Positions 12,011-24,139 of a stretch of DNA of 60,000 bases are shown piece after piece (the stretch's first letter is position 1; each line of letters starts with the position of its first letter). The position numbers and the translations under genes are program-made. The notes beneath the pieces are model-generated. The model was not told where the DNA came from. It saw only the letters and a program-made list of their open reading frames with translations, and did not search any database. Origin of the DNA: Vicugna vicugna (taxonomy: Eukaryota); the NCBI GenBank assembly GCA_013265495.1, contig MU058009.1, positions 3,429,780 to 3,489,779 on the forward strand. The letters run 5' to 3'.

Positions 12011-13919
12011 AGGTTGGCTGGCTGTACCCATTAATCACTGATGGTTCAGCCCAACCATTTATCAGCTCCTTTTGACACCTTAACTTAGATAATATTCAAA
12101 CCTTAAAATAAATCAGAAACTCTCCCAACCAGATCTTAAGAAACTAGAAAACCATTTTGGGGGAGATCAGTTATTTTTTAATATTTCTCTGTGAAGTCTT
12201 GAGTGATTGAGCCCCTAGTGGTCAATCCCCTCCACCACTCAAACGCTCAAAGCCAATGGGGGTGAAGTTGGAAAACGCAGTAGACGTCAGGGTAAAAGCA
12301 AGGGGAGTGTCCTCTGCCTTTGTTGGTTTGAAGTCACCCTCTGATGCATGCTCACTGTTTAGTATTCATGCAACCCTTGTTCAGAATGTTTGAGAATCGA
12401 TGCTCTGGGGTTTGGGGCATCCCACGTGGTCTTTGTCTTCCCAGTTAGTTACTTATTTCTTTGCCAACACCAACATGATCCTTTGCATGCAGTAGGCGCT
12501 CTATAACCGAATCTACCACCTGACTGACATTAGCAGTATGTTCTGCATGAGCAGGAAAGAAAAAGAAATCTCCTTAGGTTACCTTATTCCAAGACCAGTC
12601 ATGGTAAGATTTCAAGCTGTGCTGAACTGAACATTCTACGTAGAAACTCTTTATTAATTTATTTAACCTGCCCACCCACCTTTCTTCACAGCTGCAAATG
12701 TCTTTGGCTAACAACTGCGGATCATGAAAGGTGTGGGAAATGTGCTAGGAACAGAAGGTTTGGAGTCTGTTCAGCTGTTAATAACTTGCGAGCAGCGGCA
12801 GCGGGCGCCAGTGTTGCTGTGCCGCTTGGAGCGCAGCGCGGCAGCCCTGCTCCTGGGCCCTTTCCCCTCTGGGCTCTGCTTTCACTGAGGGTTACTGGGG
12901 GGTGGGGCGCTGCCCGCCACCAAGGGAACCAGGAGAAATCCCGTACCTGGTGTGATCCGAGGGAAGGAAACAAGTTTTCTTTCTTGGCTACAGCAGATTT
13001 ATTTGTGCATCAAATGTGGTACCAACTTGACATTCCAAACGGTCAGGGTGTGAAGGGAATTAGTGAAAACTTTGTTATAGTCCGTGAATCTGATACACAA
13101 ACTACTGGTGCTGGGTTGAGTGGATTTTTACAATGTAACTCGATTTAGTAGGCCCTTTCCCACCGAACCCCAGGAAGAGCCGGGCAGGATGGCGTTTGCA
13201 GGGCCTCGTGGAGGCTGCTGTCTCTGACGAGGAAGGCGTGGACAGCGCTGCGCATTGCAGACGGGGGAGCCACAGCGCAGAGTCAGACGGGGAGCTCTCC
13301 CGGAGACGGTGACGGCGGAGGGGAGAGGCCGGCTCCTAGGTGCCTCCCCGGTGGGAGGCAGATTGCGAGGGACGTAGCCAAGCTGCCCAAAGCCGAGTGT
13401 GCCAGAGATGGTGGTGGCTGACGTGGACGAGGGCTGGTGCTGGGCCAGTGCTGGGTGGTGACCTTCCAGGTGGCGGCAGCAATAGGAAAAACAAAGATCA
13501 GGACGGTCCTAAGAGCCCAGGGAAGGAGAAGGAGAGGAGCCGCAGACACGGAGACTGGTGTGGGAGCTCACAGCAGATCGAGTCTGATTTTGAGAAATAA
13601 AACGATGTTGCTTGGATTCTGGGGGCATATCTGCTGCTGTTCTTGGGGAAGCTGGGCGCCTCCTTGGGACAGGGGAGCACAAGTAGACAGCTGGCGGGGG
13701 AGGCTCCGTGCCACGCCAGCCACTGCCCGTCCCGCCCGCTCAAGTTGTGCTGATGTGCTTGCTGCCCCCGAAAAGCTGGTGCTCTGAGGAGTCCCGAGGG
13801 TCCGTGACTTCCCAGGGGTCTAGAGTTAGTTCCTACGCTCAGCACCGCTCCCGGGAAAGGAGAGGCGAGGAAGGGGGAACTGGGAGCAGGGAGATCGTCA
13901 GGGCACTCCAGTTTTTAGG

Positions 13920-14110
13920 GTGAAACCGCACTCAACCTAGTCCCGCCGGATATAAACGTAGGAGCGGAGGCTCCGCGCCGCGCTGCCCTCAGGCCCGGGG
14001 CGCTGGCTGCGGCCGCTGGCTCTGGGGACCCGGGCGGGCCGGCTTCGCCCTCTCCTCTGCGGTTCGTAGGTGCACGGCCTTGGCGAAGGCCCTCGTCCCA
14101 CAACCTTCCT
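13920..14110. promoter_or_regulatory. Small CpG island with TATA-like box
   Basis: TATAAA at 13951-13956 followed by about 130 bp of very CpG-dense sequence. Moderately CpG-rich flank upstream from about 13170. Confidence 0.45.
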
Positions 14111-14689
14111 GTGCCTCTGCTTGGAAAATACCGCTTCTTAATAGCACCTACCTACCTCATGGTGCTGTTGGGGATTCAAAATGTGACAGAACTTGCATCT
14201 TAGAGCATATAGGCCCTTTACAAATAAGTAGAAATGTATTCTGATGTCGAGTAATGAAAAGTGCAGTGAAATAAAAACAGAGCCAGGGCGGGTGGCTGTT
14301 TTCGGTTCCGGCGTCAGGAAAGGCCCACCCCCAGGAGGCGATGTTGAGCAGAGCGAGGGGAGGGAGTGACTGCAACACAAAAGCACACACTTTCTTTCAG
14401 ACCTCCAGCGGAATGTTCCAGAACTGCTTCAGTTCCTTCCTGAGACACAGAGGAACCTGATTCAGGACGAAGGCCCCACTCGGGAGAACACGGGTGGGTG
14501 GGGACAAGATGATTCTCTTTCTCGAATCGAGTCTGAGTCTGCAAGGCTCTGGCCACGACGGAGCGTAAATAATTTCCTGCCTTGGAAGATCCTTTGACTC
14601 TTTTAAAAGGTTGGTCAAGGAGATGTAAAGAATGAGATGTAAAAGGAACAAGAAAATATATGCAGGTGGGGGGAAGGAGGCCTACAGGA

Positions 14690-14723
14690 GTGTGTGTGCG
14701 TGTGTGTGTGACAGAGAGAGAGA
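14690..14723. repeat. (GT)n(GA)n microsatellite
   Basis: Directly visible. Confidence 0.85.
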
Positions 14724-15726
14724 AAGAGGAAAGATAACAGGTGTAGAAACGAAGAGATGCTTTTTACCATTTTTTAATAAAAGACGTATTTTGAGTTAAT
14801 GGGTTCAGTGGGTCTCAGTGGGTCTCTGAGCCCCGAGCTTCTTGCGATGCGTTAGCTGGACCGTACGAGGGGTTGGCTCCCAGAAAGGCACAGTCATTTG
14901 TTCTCAGTTCCATGTGCTCCCCACCCCCAACCGCTCTGATGTCAACTTTTGACATTTTCCGTGGGGCAATTTATACACTATCACCCGCCAGCCTTCCCAT
15001 AGTCCCCGTGTGTGTTTGATCTCATACAAACTCCCCTCTCCGATCTGTTGATGAAATAATAAATCTGGGGACCTTTGAAGATAGTGCGCGGTGGGGGAGC
15101 ACAAATGGAAATCTCCTCTCGACACTTAAGCGTGCTGAATGCTGAGTCCCCCGTGCTGACGGGGCCACACTGTGCACCTTCTTTTAGACAAATTTAGACA
15201 AATCCATCAAGCTGGAGCCCCTAAAAGCCTGTAATTCTCCAGGCAATGTGGGGGACACCGTGTTGGTAATGGAAGAGTCTTGTAAAGCAGCATGATCCTG
15301 AACTAGGCTGCCTATTTATTTGATTTAAATTGTTTTAAGCACTTCTGAGTTCCTGATGTGCTAGCAGGGACCTCTCATGATTTAACTTAAAGTCACGGGC
15401 CTGACCCTCAAAAAAAAAGTCAAGTCCCAAATAGCATGCATTTTTAGGTTGTTAATGTGTCTGAAACACTTTGGATATCTCATAGCCACAGAGAACATCT
15501 CCGGGGACTCAGTCGGTTGCTGAATGCATTTCAAGCTCTCTGACCTGGAGTTCAGAGTCTTCCCAGGTACTTTGCCGCCTGTCTCCCACTTTTCTTCCGG
15601 AAGAACTCTCTGCTCTGACCCCTGCCTGACTCCCAGCCCCGAATGCTGCCGCACTGCAAGCACAGCCCCTGGGGTTCACTTCCTGCCCATTCTAAGGAAC
15701 TCATTCAGATCCCACTTCTTTTCTTA

Positions 15727-15837
15727 GGTGGGGATTAGGTTTATTTATTTATTTATCTTAATGGAGGTACTGGGAATCAAACCCAGGACCTTATGCATGC
15801 CAAGGATACACTCTACCACTGAGCTCTACCCTCCCCC
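15727..15837 (-). mobile_element. Vic-1-type camelid tRNA-derived SINE
   Basis: Minus strand reads GGGGAGGGTAGAGCTCAGTGGTAGAG...GGTCCTGGGTTTGATTCCCAGTACCTCCATTAA(ATAA)nACCTAAT, with Pol III A and B boxes. Confidence 0.9.
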
Positions 15838-15844
15838 AAGCTTC

Positions 15845-16090
15845 TTTTTTTTAATGGAGAAAATAATAAAACTTTATTTTACTGTTTTTTATTGATGCGT
15901 AGCTGATTTACAATGTTGTGTTAGTTTCTGGCACACAGCACAATGATTCAGTCATACATGTATGCATGTGCCTTTTCATACTCTTCTTCATTATAGGTTA
16001 TCACAAGATATTGAGTGTAGTTCCCTGTGCTGCGCAGCAGGACCTTGTTGTCTGTCTGTTTTATGTATAGTCGTGTGTAGCTGCTGATCC
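15845..16090 (-). mobile_element. Short L1 3'UTR fragment with extended 3' tail
   Basis: Antisense L1 3' end from 15885 (ttttattgatgcgtagctgatttacaatgttg), similar to the copy at 425-1023. Confidence 0.9.
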
Positions 16091-16127
16091 CAGATCTCAC
16101 TTCTTCCATGCATTTTTCATCACTCTT

Positions 16128-16672
16128 GTTTTTTTAAAGAAAGACTTTTTTAGAGCAGTTTAAGGCTGACAGCAAAACTGAGCAGAAAATACAGAGCTCT
16201 CCCATACGGCCCCATCTCCCCGACCTACCGCCTCCCCACCATCGGCTTCCCCACCGCAGTGGTGCATCCATTACAGCTGATGAACCTACGCTGACACATT
16301 GTCATCACCCCAAATCCATAGTTTACACCCAAGGGTTCACTCTGGGGGTTGCTCGTTCTGTGGGTTTTAACAAATGTGCAATGACTTGCATCCCCATCAA
16401 GGTACATGCAGAGTAGTTTCAGGGCCCTAAAAATCCCCCGTGTTCCACCTGCTCATCCTCCCCTCCCCCAGCCCCAGCAACCACTAATCTTTAACGTCTC
16501 TATAGTTTCGCCTTTTCCAGTGTCACAGTTAGAATCACACAGGATGCAGCCTTCCCAGATTGGCTTCTTTGCCTTGGTAACATGCATTTAAGGTTCCCCC
16601 AGGTCTTCTCATGACTTGACGGGTCCTTCCTCTTGAGTGCTGAAGGACAGTCCATCGTCAGAGGGTGCCATA
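16128..16672 (-). mobile_element. Old L1 3' end (L1MC-like)
   Basis: ttttagagcagtttaagg...aaaactgagcagaaaatacagag...gatgaacctacgctgacaca...tccatagtttaca matches recalled L1MC 3'UTR. Confidence 0.85.
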
Positions 16673-16711
16673 TCTCACTTTTAGAACTTCCGGTAGTTCT
16701 TAACGTCTAGA

Positions 16712-16940
16712 CCTGCTCTGTCTGACGCCTGGTCCAGTCGCTATATAAAATTCAAATAAAGTGGCTATTTGAATTTAAAGTAATTAAAACAGTAGAATTA
16801 AAAATTCAGTTTCTCGGTCACATTCGCCACTCTGAAACTGCTCAGTTGCCACGCAGGGCTGGCGGCCGCTGCATTAGACAGTCCGTGTGCGGAAGAGCTC
16901 TGACCACCTCAGGAAGTTCTCCTGCAGAGAGAGCCCAGCT
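16712..16940 (-). mobile_element. MER3/MER33-like hAT-Charlie element
   Basis: gtggctatttgaatttaaa...aaaattcagtttctcggtcaca...tgctcagttgccac...gaagttct. Confidence 0.75.
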
Positions 16941-16964
16941 CTGCAGTGTTGATTAGGTCACGTT

Positions 16965-17200
16965 AAGTTACCGAGGTTCTACTCTAGGTAGATCCCTTGC
17001 CAAATTAATGAATAAACATTAACTAAGTTAATCCTGTCAACAGCCCTGTGAGGGTGGGGCTGTTACTATTCCCATTTGACAAAGGAGGAGAAAACGGAAG
17101 GGGTCAGAAAGGTTAAGTGAGACATCCAAAGTCACACAGCAAGTGGCGGGGCTGGGCCCGGGCCAGCATGCCCCACTCCAGAACGCTGGTCTCATGGACT
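16965..17200 (-). mobile_element. MIR
   Basis: Antisense MIR core (cccatttgaca...gaaaacggaagg...cagaaaggttaagtga...aaagtcacacagc). A second, weaker MIR follows at about 17260-17400. Confidence 0.8.
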
Positions 17201-20200
17201 CAGCCTCCTCCCTCTCATCTCCCAGTGCCACTGCCTCAGCTGCCCCTGCATGTCCAGTCACGAAATCCTCCGCTCAGTGAGGACCTGCACACCAACACTC
17301 CCACTTACAGACGAGAAGACTAAGATTTCCAAGTGTGAACAGCTGTCTGCAGTCACAGAGGTAAAGTCATTGGCAGAACAGAGGCTGGACATCCAGCCCC
17401 TCATGGCCAGGCTGGTGAGACTTTGTCCCACCCAGTGTTCTAGAATGCAGGGGCTGTTGCCCACTTTTGTAGCCTCCGAGCAGTCCATACAAAGCCTTTG
17501 ATGCAGACGGCGCTTAATTTATACACTTTCATTTGATAAGAGGCAAAGCTGTGATCTCTGTTTGCCGAGGGCCACAGAGAGCAGAGCCCGCAGTCCAGCC
17601 GCCTCTCCCTGGGAGCCACGAGAATGCCTTTCACACACCTCCCTGGACTGCGGTTTGCCTTCTTGGGAGAAGGACAGGGAGCAGATGTGAGGCGGTGACA
17701 AAAAATGGGCAGCTGGCGGTGACAGCCATTCACCAGTGTCGAACTGTACTTACTGGGCCCCTCCCGCGTGCCAAACCCGGAGACGGGACTGAGGGTCCAG
17801 ATGTGAGGAAGGGGGCTGGGAGCGCGATGTGCAGATTCAAAGCCGGAGCCAGGAGACCGCGGACAAGCTGAGGGCGGCAGCCAAGCAGTCGCGGGCTGGG
17901 AGGGAGGGGGCGGAGCAAGACGCCGTCTTTGGCAAAGACAAACCTCGCGGCTGGTGAAGTGGCCTCCTCAGAGAATGCCTGGTAAATGCTAAATGCAAGA
18001 TCAATGTCTGACTTTTCCTTCTCTGTGTGGGAGAAGCCTCCCGACCCTGGTGATGGAACCAACCTTACTTCATATTTGTAGCTGGAATCTACGCGCCGCA
18101 CTGCCCTCCCAACCCCATCGGACCGCCAAGTTCCCCTCCAAATGGACATTTGGGCTCTGTCTGATTTTTGGTACTTCTTGGTTGGGGGGGAGGAAAGAAA
18201 AGGGTTGGAAGGATGGTGGTGGAGGGAGGAAGTGGCTGGCTTCAGTGGTGGGTGGTGGCTATAGACAGACAGGGGGCCGTGCCAGTCCCCCGGACGACAG
18301 GGCCGAGGCGAGGCCTTTTCTAGGAGGCTTTTATAGTCTCTGCATGGACTCTGTCCCCAGCCCGGAAGCCTCCCCCTAACAGCTCGGGAGCAGCCCGGAG
18401 GACACGGCAGTGCCGTCCTTCGCTGAGTGTGTGGCCGGCGTGGCCGCCCCGCCCTGGCTCGGGTCTCAGCTCCATCTGCGCCGCAGCTTCTGTGCTCTGC
18501 CTGCCCCGGACGTGTGACAGTGCTGCTCCCGAGGCTCCCGTCGGGGGGCCCAGCCCGGAGCCCCCAGCCCCTTCTCCTGCCCCCTCCTCTGCTGCCTGCT
18601 CCTTCGTCATCGCCCTGCTTACCTTCCAGCCCTTTTCGTGGCTACCGTCCTCCTCCTTTCTAGCTACCTGGTGCCTGGTCTGGAGACAGAATCTCAGATC
18701 ACACTGGCTGAGCAGACGGGGGCGTCTCCTTGCCTCCCAGCCCTGCCCTGTTCTCAGACACAAGTGACAGGAGCGACCCTTTTAAACAACAGCTGCCCCC
18801 TGTCATCCCTGACTCAGGGCCCTAATGGCTGCCATTCATTCTGACAGCCGAGGCCAAGCTCCCTTCGAGGGACAACAAAGCTTTACCCGGCCTGACCTTG
18901 CCCGTCACTGCCCCTTGCCCACTCGGCTCTGGCCGTGCCTCACGCCAGCTCGCCCAGGGCCAGGGCTGCTCTCTGTCCTCCCTGGCTCCGGAGGGCTCTC
19001 CCCGGGACTCCCATGTCGCTCACTTCTCTGCTGCCTTCTGTGTGGACCAGCCAGGCCCAGCAGAGCTTGCAAAAGGATAAGATAAGAAAGACGTCCAAAG
19101 GCACCTTCCTGCCTCCTTGCTGGCAATCTCTAGCCTCGTTTCTCTGTTTGGTTTTGCTTTTCTCCAGAGCCCAAGCCTGACAGGGCTGAGTACAGGCCAC
19201 AGCCCCCTCTTATCGCTCTCCCCATCCCATGACTCTTCCTTCCTCTGGGCTTCACTCCCTCCCCAACACTGCGCAGCAGCCACCGGTCTCTCTGGGATTT
19301 AGCGGCCAGCTGGCAAACCCAAGGCGAAAAGCACACTTCGTTTGCAGTGGCTCCCGAGAAAGGACAAGGGGTGGTTCTCCCTGGGCCAGCTTGAGACTCG
19401 GCTTCATGTTTAACCACCCTGTGTGGCCAGAGGAGGGGACCCTTCCGCCGGCGAGGCTCGGGTCACGCACCTGTCCCTGGAAAGGGAGTGGGGGTGGAGT
19501 CAGCTCCGCAAAAATCACTGATCTTGAAACTGATGAGAAATGGTTCCCGAAGGGAGACTCAGGCACAGCGACCGGGAGGAGGGGAGTGAGTACAGGGCGG
19601 GGGAGAAGAGCCCCATTCACTGGACCCCGCAAACACTTCCCCATTTTCATTCCCAGCGCCTTCCCCTGGGGCCACCCTGTCTGCATCCTGCGGTTGTTCT
19701 GAGCTCATAAAATACACCCATGATCTGTCACTTTCCTTTTTGCAGGTCTTCGGTGCCTCGAAGTTACAGTCCCAGCTTCTCAGCCCAGCATTAAAAGCCC
19801 CTCTCAGATCAGTCTTGTCTCCTCGAAAGCTCTCTGCCTGGCCCGGTGGTTCTCCTCACTGTGCGTGTGTCCCCATCTCCCAAAGCACAGCGGGTCCCCT
19901 CCAAGTTGACAGCACCCTTCAACACCTGGACGTGCTTTTCTGAAGCCTGCAGTGGTTCCCGCTTCTGGCATTTCCTGTATGTTGCCTTACATGGCTAGGT
20001 GTTCACTCAAGACTTCTCCCTCCGTTCCTCCAGCCCTCCTGCAGGTCACTGGTGGGCAGCCCGACAGAGAGAACCCGGTGAGTCATGGCTGACGGTTTAA
20101 ATGCCACTCTCCCTAAGGTTCAGCCTTCCTCCAAAGAGCTTGCCTCCTGCTCCCCAGGTCTGCCAGGTGGACGTGGAGACTGGATCGTATCTGACACTAA

Positions 20201-20479
20201 GGAGGAGCCAACGGGGCCCCGGAGGAGTTAAGAACTTTACGACTCTTTGCACACTCTATCCCCACCTCCTCTCTCTCTCTTCATGTCTTTCCCTGAAGGA
20301 AGGATCTCACCAGAGATTAATAAGATCCCTCAGGCTGTTCCCAGGAGAATGGGTCCCATGCTCTCTCTGCACAGGACAACCCCGGCTTCCCGTCCCCCAC
20401 CCCGTCCTCTCTCCCTGCCAACCTCATGTCTCCTGGAGCTCTGTGTCTCCGCTCTGCGCCCTCCCCAGACGCTGCTGGC

Positions 20480-20670
20480 TGTAGTGGGCGTTGCCCTAGA
20501 GCCGGGAGAGCTGGCGGTGCGACCTTGACCTCTCTGGGTCTCAGCACTCTGCTTCGTAAGCTAGGGCTTCAGGCCGTGTTTCGCCGTTGTTGCGCAGACC
20601 GAGCGAATAAGGCGTGGAAACGCTCTTGCCTGCGCTCGGTGCACAGTGAGCGCCAGCACGTGCTAACCAA
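20480..20670 (+). mobile_element. Highly diverged, CpG-rich MIR
   Basis: gtgcgaccttgacctctctgggtctcag...cgtaag...ttgttgcgcagacc...aataaggcgtggaaacgct...gcacagtgagcgc follows MIR order. Confidence 0.55.
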
Positions 20671-20719
20671 GCACGCTCCGTCTCTCCGATGCCGCCTCAT
20701 TCAGGGCAGCTGGCGTGAG

Positions 20720-20734
20720 GCTGCCACCTAGTGC
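20720..20734 (-). promoter_or_regulatory. Candidate CTCF site
   Basis: Reverse complement GCACTAGGTGGCAGC has one mismatch to the CCASYAGRKGGCRSY consensus. Confidence 0.55.
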
Positions 20735-21510
20735 ACTTGTAGCCGACGGCTGAGGGGGCTAGGCAGGGAGGGGGCCCAGGCCGGGGCCCGAGGTCCCCCG
20801 GGGGTAGGGAGCGTGGAGGTCTGCTCCAGCTCGAAGCTGTGAGCCTGTGGCTGCCGCGTGGGTCCACGGCTCAGTCCCGAGAGATGCATCTCCAGTGCCT
20901 TCCCGGCTAATCAGAAGGGCAGAGCAGACACCATGCTCCGCCCCCCTTGAGGCTCTGGCTCACTTTTCCTACCAGCTCCTGCTTCATGCCGTAGGGGCCA
21001 GCATGGTTCGGAGGCTTTCAGTTTGCAAAGCTCAGGACCACCCTCCCTCCATTTTTTAGCAGTCTTTCAGGTGGTCAGATAGAATGAGTGTGTTGATGGG
21101 GACAGAAGCAGTGCCCCTGTGGGACAGAGACCTTCGAGTAAACGGGAGTAAAACAAAACCAAGAGCAGGTCTCTGAGACTGACGTCCTACCATGGAAGCA
21201 CGGCTTAGACCAGCTCTGAACCACAAAGAAATGAGGGACTCGAGCCCGCAGAGGGAGGAGGACCCGCCCACAGGCAGGCCTCACTGACACAGCGCAGCAC
21301 CGAAGGGCCAAAGGGCCCTGGAAGTCCGGAAGGGGAAACGTGTGTTTGACTTTAGTTGGCTGAGTTTTTGCCAAATTAGATTGGTAGGACGGTGCTGTTT
21401 TCCTGCATAACAACCATTTAACACCTCAGAGGGCTACTGTTTCTCAGAGAATGTCATAAACTAGTCAAAATTGTACACAGCTGCATGTTGGACTCTGTGA
21501 AATTGTAGGA

Positions 21511-21930
21511 CTTCATTCATTCATGCAAGAGTCTGTCCGAGCACTTACTGTGCCCCAGTGAAGACAAGGACAAACCCTTGACCTCATGGAGATGACCCTC
21601 TCCTGGTCAGACAGAGGAAAAGCAAACATGTACACCATTGGGCACATCAGGTGGTGATGCGTCTGGTGAACGCAGCCCCTCCCTGTCTGTGAAGGTGGGA
21701 GGGACAGACTAACGTTTCAGGAACAGGGGCAGGGAAGTCACAGGAGCGCCAGCCTGGAGAGGAGACATCAGGGCCCTGGACTTTGAGATGTGCTCGCTGG
21801 GTCTGAAGAACGGCAAGGACGCCAGTGAGCTCATGAGGGCTGAGGGAGGGGGTCTAAATGACAAGAGGAAGGCGAGGCCAGGATGGGTGCTGAAATGATC
21901 CTTGAAGTCTCAGGACGTGGGCTCAAGTCC
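21511..21930 (-). mobile_element. L2 3' region
   Basis: Begins with (ttca)n, then gagcacttactgtgcc...ccttgacctcatggag. Confidence 0.75.
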
Positions 21931-22379
21931 CACCCAGACCTCAGCCCCACAGTTACAAGGCAGGAGGTCGACACGCCCTCCCAGGATGCAGGACGGTGAC
22001 AGAGGATGCCGTGCACATACTTCATGTGGTGCAGCAGGTGAGAGAGCAAGGTGAGACCCCGTGGAAACAGGTACTCGGGCACCTGGGCACAGGTGATGTG
22101 TGAGCTGCGGTTTCCCATCGTGGTCCAGGCAAATGCGGGCCCATTAGACACTTTTCTTGCTTGAAATGCCCTCTCCCAGCTCCGCTCCATGAGACAAGAA
22201 CTGGGCACTATTTTCCGTCACATTTCAGAAATGGGGAGACTGTGAGAGTGGCTGGGAGTCTTGTCTGAGTTCCTCCCTGACGTCACTGCTGGGAGGAGCG
22301 GGCAAGACAGGTCCCCAGGCCGTCCATTCTGCTGGCCATGACTCACTCCCAGAAGCCAGCCAAGCATCCGAGGAAAAGC

Positions 22380-23124
22380 TTTCATTGTGGCAAAATATAC
22401 ATAATGTAAAATTTGCCATCTTAGCCACTTTAAGTGTACAGCTTAGTAGTGTTAAGTACACTCACATCGCTGTGCATCCGACTCTGGAAGTCTTGCCATC
22501 TCACGAAACTGAAGCTGCTCGTTAGACAAGCTCCTCGCTCCCCCGCCTCCCCCGCCCCCGGCAGCCACCCTTCTACCTTCCCTCCCCGTGAACCTGACTC
22601 CTCCGGGGACCTCAGGTAAGTGGAATCACACACTGTTTATCTTTTTGCGACAGGCTTTCTTCACTTAGCATGATGTCCCCGAGGGTCGTCCGTGTTCTTG
22701 TACGTGCCGGGACGTCTTTCCCCTGTGAGACGAGATAATACACCATTATGTACATTTATCCACCATCCATCTGTGGCTGCCTGGGTGGCTTCCTGCTTTT
22801 GGCTGTTGTGAATCATGCTGCTTCGAACATGGGTGTATAAATTTCTGTTTTGAGACCCTGTTTTCCATTCTTTCCAAGAAGTGGGACTGCTGAATGGCAA
22901 CATGCTTGGTTCTATTTTCAGTTTTTTGAGGAATCATCACACTGTCTTTCATAGCAGCTGCGCTGTTTTACATTCCCTCATCCAAGGCACAAGGGTTCCG
23001 ATTCCTCCACATCTTTGCCACACCTCCGTTTTATGTTTTTTGGTTTCTTTCTTTCTTTCTTTCTTTCCTTCTTTCCTTCCTTCTTTCCTTTCTCTCTTTC
23101 TCTCTTTCTCTTTCTCTCTTTCTT

Positions 23125-23194
<70 letters not shown>

Positions 23195-23428
23195 TTTCTT
23201 TCTTCCTTTCTTTCTTCCTTTCTTTCTTTCTTCCTTTCTTTCTGTCTTTTTTGATGGTAGTTATCCTAATGGGTTGAGGTATGTCTCTCTGTGGTTTTGA
23301 TTTGTATGTTCTTAATGATCATTTGAGACCATTGAGAACTTTTTCATGTAATTTTTTGTCATTTGAATGTCTTCTTTGGAGAAATGTCTATTCAAGTCCT
23401 TTGCTCATTTTTAATAGGGCTGTTTGCT
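22380..23428 (-). mobile_element. L1MB-like fragment interrupted by a microsatellite
   Basis: attgtggcaaaatatacataatgtaaaatttgccatcttagcc 3' end, then ORF2-end sequence through ttggagaaatgtctattcaagtcctttgctcatttt. Confidence 0.9.
23044..23243. repeat. (TTTC)n/(TTCC)n polypyrimidine microsatellite, about 200 bp
   Basis: Directly visible. Confidence 0.97.
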
Positions 23429-24139
23429 AGTCTAGCGATCTTAATGATCACCAGCATAAAATAATAAACACGCAAAAAATCAGGGCAAACTGGGCCAAGA
23501 GTTTGTCGGCTCTGACTCCGAAATTGCAGCTGGCGACTCCCTCAGCCACCCCACTGCCATGGCCAAGCAGAGTGGTGTTGACACTAGTGGTGAGAGCTTC
23601 CCCCTTTCCCCCCATCCCAAGAAATGACTCGAGTTAACCAGTCTGCCTTTAGGGCCCTAACTTTCACCCAAACTGAGGTTGAACAAGAAATTATTTCTTT
23701 GTAAAAAAAAAAATCTTCTCCTTCTCCCTTCCCCCTTTTCAGCCCAGTCTCAGGCGTTACTCCCACCGCAGCAACCGCAGCAGCCATAACCACACCATCC
23801 CCAGCCCACCACGGCTGCCAGCGCCGAGCGCCTGCTCACCCCGGCCACACACACACCCTCCATGGCCGGGCTCTGCTGGTGTTCAAATCCCCAGGTGGGA
23901 GATAGCCGGCCATGAAGTCATCTGATTGGCTGAACCCCCTAAGTGTCTGCAAATGAGAAGAAAACGTGGGTCTTTCTCTTTTTCTTTCTTTGTTTTTCAT
24001 CCGTTCCAGAGAGTAATGGAGCTGTGGTTCGGAATTTTAAGTGGTGGCTTCAGCCAGGCTGGGTGGTTTATAGAGATTAACTTACCCCCTTGGAGTGCTC
24101 GGCAACCAAACAGGAGGCTTTCCCAAGCCAAGCAATTCT

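Noticed and set aside
15755..15837. tRNA gene
   Set aside because: The A/B boxes belong to a SINE head followed by the SINE-specific body and tail, and they carry substitutions.
22881..23300. Phe/Leu/Ser-rich membrane-like ORFs
   Set aside because: These are translations of (TTTC)n inside an antisense L1.
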